From: Octopus sinensis | Lineage: Eukaryota | Direction: 5' to 3' | NCBI RefSeq assembly: GCF_006345805.1 | Contig: NW_021827845.1 | Span: forward strand, 1-9,756 | Length of the DNA stretch: 9,756 nucleotides | Part shown: one piece after another, positions 1 to 7,082 of the stretch | How the letters are laid out: every line of letters begins with the position of its first letter | Numbering within the stretch: position 1 is the first letter of the stretch | Notes under the pieces: generated by a model | What the model saw: only the letters and a program-made list of their open reading frames with translations | Databases searched by the model: none | Told to the model about the DNA's origin: nothing | Position numbers and translations under genes: made by a program

Positions 1-20
1 GTATGTATGTATGTATTATG

Positions 21-51
<31 letters not shown>

Positions 52-178
52 ATGCATGCATGTATGTATGTATGTATGTATGTATGTATGTATGTATGTA
101 TGTGTGTATGTATGTATGTGTGTATGTATGTATGTATGTATGTATGTATGTATGGATGTATGTATGTATGTATATATA
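1..178. repeat. (TATG)n tetranucleotide microsatellite, truncated by window start
   Basis: Near-pure TATG units with occasional TGTG, CATG and GATG variants. Confidence 0.98.
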
Positions 179-317
179 CCCGTACTGTCAAATGACATTA
201 TTTCAATAAATATGTGAACCTGAGAGGGGAACATGTTGAATAAAATCATAACTAATTGAAACTCCTGTATTTTGTTTTAACCAAAGCCACGAACTCTTCT
301 GCACTCACTCGTACGCC

Positions 318-640
318 CATACATACATACATACATACATACATACATACATACCTACATACACACACACAAATACATACATACATACATACATACATAC
401 ACACGTACATACATACATACATACATACATACATACATACACACACAAATACATACATACATACATACATACATACACGCACACATACATACATACATAC
501 ATACATACATACATACACACGTACATACATACATACATACATACATGCATGCATACATACATACACATCGATCTGTGTACACACACACACACACATGCAC
601 ATACACATCCATACATGCACATACACTTACAGAAACATAC
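318..640. repeat. (CATA)n microsatellite with CACA/CATG variants
   Basis: Direct reading. Opposite orientation to the 1-178 array. Confidence 0.97.
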
Positions 641-654
641 AAATACGAAAGAGT

Positions 655-773
655 GAGCTTCTCTGTTTCCGTCTACCAAATTCCCTCACAAGGCCTTGGT
701 CGGTCCGGGGCTACAGTAGAAGACACTAGCCCAAGGTTCCACGCAGAGGAACTAACCCCAGAATTCCATGGTG
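655..773 (-). mobile_element. SINE 5'/central fragment (tRNA-derived type), degenerate
   Basis: Minus strand reads ...CTGCGTGGAACCTTGGGCTAGTGTCTTCTACTGTAGCCCCGGACCGACCAAGGCCTTGTGAGGGAATTTGGTAGACGGAAACAGAGAAGC, then runs into the TATG array. It matches my recollection of an abundant octopus SINE with an internal microsatellite; no second copy in the window confirms it. Confidence 0.6.
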
Positions 774-916
774 AAAAAATGACAACAAAACTTTGAGTAA
801 GACCTCATTATCGTCTTAAGAAAGATAAAAGATAAAAGACTCAACACTAATCTCTTCTCAAACATTCGTATTGACTTTTTGACACTTATGCGTATATGCA
901 ATCTCACCTCTGGTGG

Positions 917-1293
917 AAGCACTCCGTCGGTTACGACAACGAGGGTTCCGGTTGATCCGATCAACGGAACAGCCTGCTCGTGAAATTAACGTGTAAGTGG
1001 CTGAGCACTCCACAGACACGTGTACCCTAACGTTGTTCTCGGGGATATTCAGCGTGACACAGAGAGTGACAAGCCGGCCCTTTGAAATACAGGTACACAG
1101 AACAGGAAGTAAGAGTGGAGAGAAAGTTGTGGTGAAAAAGTAACAGCAGGGATCACCACCATCCCCTGCCGGAGCCTCGTGGAGCTTTAGGTGTTTTTTC
1201 GCTCAATAAACACTCACAACGCCCGGTCTGGGAATCGAAACCGCGATCTTATGACCGCGAGTCCGCTGCCCTAACCACTGGCCATTGCACTCC
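917..1293 (-). mobile_element. Near full-length tRNA-derived SINE (resembles octopus OR-type SINEs)
   Basis: Minus-strand head GGAGTGCAATGGCCAGTGGTTAGGGCAGCGGACTCGCGGTC...GGTTTCGATTCCC has Pol III A- and B-box-like motifs. The first ~190 nt are clearly homologous to the copies at 6139-6449 and 6690-6894. Confidence 0.88.
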
Positions 1294-1328
1294 ACTTCTT
1301 ATATTTCTCACCTCTATATATTTGGAGT

Positions 1329-1334
<6 letters not shown>

Positions 1335-1375
<41 letters not shown>

Positions 1376-1393
1376 AACACGCACGCACTCACA
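1335..1393. repeat. (CA)n dinucleotide microsatellite
   Basis: Pure AC run 1335-1370 followed by degenerate units. Confidence 0.97.
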
Positions 1394-1494
1394 TATAGAC
1401 ATACGGAATAGAACCGCTAATGGTTTTCTTACGGGTTCGAATATGCCCCAGGTATATTTTAACTAGTAACACGTTTGTATATATATATATGATG

Positions 1495-1700
1495 CTGACA
1501 TGCAGTGTCTGTGCACGACCCCTGCCTCAGTAAAGCTGGACTCATGAGTCATCTTCGTAGTCCATAAAGCGGACAGAGAGTGACAACAACCTGGCCACTA
1601 GCGGTGGTGTAACACACCATACAATCATATCTGTCGGGCATGTGGAAGAGAAGTGTAATTCGGCAGGAGACTTAAACGACATGCAAAGGTACATAAAGCC
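1495..1700 (+). pseudogene. Decayed pair of C2H2 zinc-finger motifs, possibly the C-terminus of a non-LTR retrotransposon ORF2
   Basis: With small frameshift corrections, 1501-1565 reads CSVCARPCLSKAGLMSHLRS(H) and 1632-1694 reads CRACG(x)KCNSAG(G)LKRHAKVH. Both fit C-x2-C-x12-H-x3-H. There is no TGEKP linker, and frameshifts and stops are present. Confidence 0.65.
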
Positions 1701-1710
1701 CAGTTACAAC

Positions 1711-1900
1711 TAACATTGCTTGACAACCGATGCTGGTGTGTTTTATGTATCCGACACTTAGCGGTTCGGCAAGAGAGACCGATAGAATAAGTACTGGGCT
1801 TACAAAAAAGAATAAGTCCCGGGGTCGAGTTGCTCGATTAAAGGCGGTGCTCCAGCATGGCCGCAATCAAATGACTGAAACAAGTAAAAGTGTAAAGAGT
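1711..1900 (+). mobile_element. SINE 3' portion
   Basis: Contains AATAAGT..GGGGTCGA, shared with the 7458-8240 units, and the tail AAGGCGGTGCTCCAGCATGGCCGCA...TGACTGAAACAAGTAAAAG, shared with 2228-2295, 2711-2875 and 9259-9389. Ends in an A-rich/(TA)n run. Confidence 0.78.
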
Positions 1901-1948
1901 ATATATAATATATATATATATATATATAGATATATATTATATATATAT
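1900..1948. repeat. (TA)n microsatellite
   Basis: Direct reading; abuts the SINE tail. Confidence 0.93.
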
Positions 1949-2075
1949 AAATGCAAGCTTCAGCTAGAGAATACATCCAGACATACGAGACAAATCTTAT
2001 TTGTTACAGCCTTACTAACATAGAAATAAAAACACATGCCAAACAAGTAAAGATAGAAGATCAAGTGCCTTTGCT

Positions 2076-2191
2076 ATACGATAGCCATACACCACGCATA
2101 AGGATCAGAAGTAAAACGTGCACTTACACCGCAAATGTAGGTTAATCAACTGCTACAAAATAAGTTGGACTTACTAACAGAGTAATCGACT
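2076..2191 (+). repeat. ~116-bp direct repeat, copy 1 (copy 2 at 2582-2699)
   Basis: ATACGATAGCCATACACCACGCATAAGGATCA(G/C)AAGTAAAACGTGCA...TAACAGAGTA(A/C)TCGACT occurs twice, roughly 88-90% identical by eye. Confidence 0.95.
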
Positions 2192-2227
2192 CCATCCATT
2201 ACTACCAAAATTAGAAATGTTACCATA

Positions 2228-2295
2228 TGCCCCAGCATGAATGGCGGTGCCACAGCTTGGCCACAGCTCGTGAGCTGAAACTAGATAACATATAA
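2228..2295 (+). mobile_element. Short SINE 3'-tail remnant
   Basis: GGCGGTGCCACAGCTTGGCCACAGCTCGTGAGCTGAAACTAGATAA is similar to the tail at 1841-1890 and is followed by AT-rich and simple repeats. Confidence 0.6.
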
Positions 2296-2321
2296 AATAT
2301 AAATAAATATATATATGTATG

Positions 2322-2328
2322 TATCTAT

Positions 2329-2400
<72 letters not shown>

Positions 2401-2401
2401 A

Positions 2402-2462
<61 letters not shown>

Positions 2463-2585
2463 GTCTGTCTGTCTGTCTGTACATCTACATACATACTACA
2501 GACATAATACATACATACACACATCATACATACATACATAACATACTATACATACATACTACATACATCATACATACATACATAC
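2322..2585. repeat. Compound microsatellite (TCTA)n-(TCTG)n-(TCTA)n-(TCTG)n-degenerate (TACA)n
   Basis: Direct reading. Confidence 0.96.
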
Positions 2586-2699
2586 GATAGCCATACACCA
2601 CGCATAAGGATCACAAGTAAAACGTGCATCTTTCACCCCGCAAATGTAGGTAATCAACTGCTACAAAATAAGTTGAACTTTGTAACAGAGTACTCGACT
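2582..2699 (+). repeat. ~116-bp direct repeat, copy 2
   Basis: See copy 1 at 2076-2191. Confidence 0.95.
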
Positions 2700-2710
2700 T
2701 TTTAAAAAAA

Positions 2711-2875
2711 TTATTTCTCGTTCCAGTCATTGGATTGCTGGTATGCCGAGGCATCGCCTTCCAGGCTTTTCGTCGATTACATTGCCGCCAACACATTCTC
2801 TGGAATATATTTCAGTACTCTCATAAAGATAAAATTATGTTCACCCTGGCGGAAAGAGACGTAACACGGAAATAA
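2711..2875 (-). mobile_element. Old, degenerate SINE related to the 7458-8240 unit and the shared tail
   Basis: Minus strand: TTACGT...TTCCGCCAGGGTGAAC...ATGTAATCGAC...GAAGGCGATGCCTCGGCATACCAGCAATCCAATGACTGGAAC. Aligns loosely with the array unit and with the 1841-1885 tail. Confidence 0.55.
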
Positions 2876-2934
2876 ATATCACAAGATATTTTTTCGATAT
2901 ACAAATTTTGTTAGACTATGCCATGTCAGTGTCA

Positions 2935-3410
2935 ACATACATGCATACATACATACATACATACATACATACATACACCCACCCACCCGCCCATCCATCT
3001 ATCCATCATCCATCATACACATCATCCATACATACACATCCATCCATACATACATCATACACATCATCCATACATACACATCCATCCATACATACATCCA
3101 TCCATCCATCCATCCATCCACCCACACAACCATCCATCCATCCATCCATCCATCCATCCATTCATCCATCCATCCATCCATCCATACATCCATCCATTCA
3201 CACATCCATCCACCCATCCGTCCATCCATCCATCCATCCATCCATCCTCCATCATCCATCCATTCATCCACCCATCCGTCCATCCATCCATCCATCCATC
3301 CATCCATCCATCCATCCATCCATTCATCCACCCATCCGTCCATCCATCCATCCATCCATCCATCCATCCATCCATCCATCCATCCATCCATCCATCCATC
3401 CATCCATCCG
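2935..3410. repeat. Compound (CATA)n to (CATC)n microsatellite
   Basis: Direct reading; internal 42-bp and 60-bp duplicated blocks. Confidence 0.97.
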
Positions 3411-3827
3411 TACAAAACAGCTTTTATGGCGAACTAATGCGGAACTTACAGTTTTGTACCCTGGCAATGAATTCTCATTCGTACCTATCATCATAGGTGC
3501 ATTAGGTTATGTACCAACCAATTTGCACAAAAACCTAGAAACACTACGTTTCACGGGTAAAGAGCAAAAGAAACTGACGCGGAATTTCCAAATTCAATCT
3601 ATTAGTACAGGGAAAATTTGTAAGACATTCCAGAAATTCTCCATGTGAAGTTCGTATTGTGAATAGATGCACACCATACTTAGGTGTATGCATCGGCAGT
3701 TCAACCAACACACCAACTCAATTACATATTTACAAACACTGGGAACTCTCTTAACTGGAAAAGTCTTGTTGCTTTGTTAGCGCCCGGTTTGAACTCTCAA
3801 GAAGAACTTAAATAAAGCACAAAAAAA
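3411..3827 (+). mobile_element. 3' end of an RLE-type (R4/Dong-like) non-LTR retrotransposon: ORF C-terminus, 3' UTR and A-tail; 5'-truncated and frameshifted
   Basis: Two overlapping frames join as [13 protein letters not shown] / [34 protein letters not shown]...[11 protein letters not shown] (stop 3646-3648). PIIIGALG is typical of the restriction-like endonuclease C-terminus. AATAAA lies at 3811-3816 and an A7 run at 3821-3827. Confidence 0.8.
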
Positions 3828-5312
3828 TCATCCATCCATCCATCCATCCATACATACACACATGCATGTATGCATGCATACATACATACATACATACATA
3901 CATACATACATACATACATTCATACATACATACATACATACATACATACATACATACATACATACATACATACATTCATACATACATACATACATACATA
4001 CATACATACATACATACATACATACATACATCATGCATACATACATACATGCATACATACATGCATGCATGCATACATACATACATACATACATGCATAC
4101 ATACATACATACATACATACATACATACATACATACATGCATGCATGCATGCATATATACATACATACATACATACATACATGCATACATACATGCATGC
4201 ATGCATACATACATACATACATACATACATACATACATACATGCATGCATACATACATACATACATACATACATGCATACATACATACATGCATGCATAC
4301 ATACATACATACATACATTCATACATGCATACATACATACATACATACATACATACATACATACATACATGCATGCATACATACATACATACATACATAC
4401 ATACATACATACATGCATACATACATACATACATGCATGCATACATACATACATACATTCATACATACATGCATACATGCATACATACATGCATGCATAC
4501 ATACATACATACATACATACATACATACATACATACATGCATACATACATACATACATGCATGCATACATACATACATACATACATTCATACATACATAC
4601 ATACATACATACATGCATGCATACATACATACATACATACATACATACATACATACATACATGCATACATACATGCATACATACATACATACATACATTC
4701 ATACATACATACATTCATACATACATACATACATGCATACATACATGCATGCATACATACATACATACATACATACATACATACATACATACATACATGC
4801 ATGCATACATACATACATACATACATACATACATTCATACATACATACATACATACATACATACATACATACATGCATGCATGCATACATACATACATAC
4901 ATACATACATACATACATACATACATACATACATACATACATGCATGCATACATACATACATACATACATACATACATGCATACATACATACATCATGCA
5001 TACATACATACATGCATACATACATGCATGCATGCATACATAATACATACATACATGCATGCATACATACATCATGCATACATACATACATACATACATA
5101 CATACATACATACATACATGCATGCATGCATACATACATACATACATACATACATACATACATGCATACATACATGCATGCATGCAACATACATACATAC
5201 ATACATACATACATACATGCATACACATGCATGCATACATACAACATACATGCATGCATACATACATACATACATACATACATACATAATACATACAGCA
5301 TGCATGCATACA

Positions 5313-5346
<34 letters not shown>

Positions 5347-5925
5347 CATACATGCATACATACATGCATACATACATACATACATACATGCATGCATACA
5401 TACATACATACATACATACATGCATACATACATACATCATGCATACATACATACATACATACATACATACATGCATACATACATACATCATGCATGCATA
5501 CATACATACATACATACATACATGCATGGATGCATACATACATACATACATGCATACATACATGCATACATACACACATACATGCATGCATACATACATA
5601 CATACATACATGCATGCATACATACATACATACATGCATACATACATACATACATACATACATGCATACATACATACATGCATGCATACATACATACATA
5701 CATAAATGCATGCATGCATACACACATACATGCATGCATACATACATGCATGCATGGATGCATGCATACATACATACATGCATACATACATGCATACATA
5801 CACACATACATGCATGCATACATACATACATACATGCATACATACATGCATACCTACATACATGCATACATACACACATACATGCATGTATGCATACATA
5901 CATACATACACACTTACATGTATGT
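3828..5925. repeat. ~2.1 kb (CATA)n array with CATG/CATT variants, preceded by a short (CATC)n run
   Basis: Direct reading; source of the spurious 250-690 aa ORFs. Confidence 0.99.
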
Positions 5926-5935
5926 ACAGTTTATA

Positions 5936-6689
5936 TAGGTGTTCGGGTTTAATTTGAGTTTGCATAAAAGGAAAAGAAAATGCAACACTTCGTACAAAAT
6001 TAAAAGTATTTTCAAAAGCCAGCAGCTTTCAACTGGATTATGGCTGGGAGATAACTGTTTACTCAGCGTAGCCGCTCTTAGCTTCCATCACGGTTTTAAC
6101 ACGGTTTCGAAACCAGTTGCATGCGTTCCTCACTGTGTTTTTTGTTGTTTGTTCCTTCTCGAGCCATTCCTGGCTCATAAGGGCCGGTTTCCCGGTTTCC
6201 TTGGCGTATAGGTTCCCCATCTGGAACGGGATGCCGGTCCGTCGCAGGTGAGCTGCAAGATGCAGGAGGAAAAATTGAGAGAAAGTTGTGGCGAAAGAGT
6301 AAGCAGAGGTTTCGCCATTACCTTCTGCCGGAGCCGCGTGGGGCTTAGGTGTTTCGCTCATAAATACACACATCGCCCGGTCTGAGATTCGAACCCGCGA
6401 TCCCTCGACCGTGAGTCCGCTGCTTTAACCACTAGGCCATGTGCCTCCACGTTCCTCACTGTGTCCCTTGGAAGATCTTCGAACACCTTGATTTTGGTGA
6501 CTAGCTCGGCCTTGGTGTTGTAGGCAGAGTCGGTTGATGTCTTTCCCAACGGTGCTCCACACACACAGTAATCCAAGGGATTGTAATCGGAGGAAATTAG
6601 GAGGCCGGAATTTGGGGCTGGTGAAGTTGTAGGCAAGGAGCCAAATCCTGCTGTTACACACGTGGCCTTCTAACAGCAATCCTCTCCAG
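5936..6689 (-). pseudogene. Tc1/mariner DD37D (maT)-like transposase 3' remnant, interrupted by a SINE
   Basis: Minus strand reads RRPRV*QQDLAPC...YNFTSPKFRPPN/SSDYNPLDYCVCGA...YNTKAELVTKIKVFEDLPRDTVRN|ACNWFRNRVKTVMEAKSGYAE* (stop 6059-6061). The QQD and NPLDY motifs indicate a DDxD catalytic type. It has a premature stop, a ~40 nt deletion and a frameshift. The element end near TA at ~5934-5937 is tentative. Confidence 0.85.
6139..6449 (-). mobile_element. Full-length ~310-bp tRNA-derived SINE with 15-bp target-site duplication
   Basis: A-box TGGCCTAGTGG, B-box-like GGTTCGAATC and an A-rich (AAC) tail. Flanked by identical CGTTCCTCACTGTGT at 6124-6138 and 6450-6464. Confidence 0.95.
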
Positions 6690-6894
6690 GTGGAGCCACA
6701 TGGCCTAGTGGTTAGAGCAGTGGACTCGCAGTCGAGGGATCGCGGGTTCGAATCTCAGACCGGGTGATGTGTGTGTTTATGAGCGAAACACCTAAGCTCC
6801 ACGCGGCTCCGGCTGAATTAATGGCAAACTTCTGCCGACTCTTTCGCCACAACTTTCTCTCACTCTTTCCTCCTGCATCTTGCAGCTCACCTGC
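6690..6894 (+). mobile_element. 3'-truncated tRNA-derived SINE, same family as 6139-6449, opposite orientation
   Basis: About 90% identical to the reverse complement of 6244-6450. A-box 6701-6711, B-box ~6745-6755. Ends abruptly in (CATA)n. Confidence 0.93.
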
Positions 6895-7082
6895 ATACAT
6901 ACATACATACATACATACATACATACATACATACATACATACATACATACACGCATATACACATCCATCCATCCATCCATACATCCATCCATACATCCAT
7001 CCATCCATCCATACATACATACATACATACATACATACATACATACATACATACATACATACATACATACATACATACATAC
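6894..7082. repeat. Compound (CATA)n-(CATC)n-(CATA)n microsatellite
   Basis: Direct reading. Confidence 0.97.

Noticed and set aside
902-1315. TCTCACCTCT at 902-911 and 1306-1315 as a TSD of the 917-1293 SINE
   Set aside because: The right copy is 12 nt away from the SINE 5' end and the intervening bases match the left flank poorly. It could be a decayed TSD but is not supportable.
752-2145. Short ORFs 752-964, 1672-1866, 1730-2023 and 1951-2145
   Set aside because: They overlap SINE or simple-repeat sequence and show no recognisable protein features.
3828-5965. Very long ORFs (up to 690 aa; YIHT/MYVC/CMHA repeats) on both strands, and similar ORFs at 1-729, 2315-2590, 2908-3496 and 6712-7222
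   Set aside because: CATA, CATG and CATC repeats contain no stop codon in any frame, so long ORFs are expected. There is no domain, splice or codon evidence.
6059-6679. ORFs 6059-6373, 6358-6636 and 6425-6679 as real genes or an active transposase
   Set aside because: They are chimeras of SINE sequence and a transposase remnant with a stop, a deletion and a frameshift, and the N-terminal two-thirds is absent.
6690-6765. tRNA-like sequences here and at 6375-6449 and 1220-1293
   Set aside because: They have A/B boxes but no proper acceptor stem, and they continue into shared SINE bodies. These are SINE heads, not tRNA genes.
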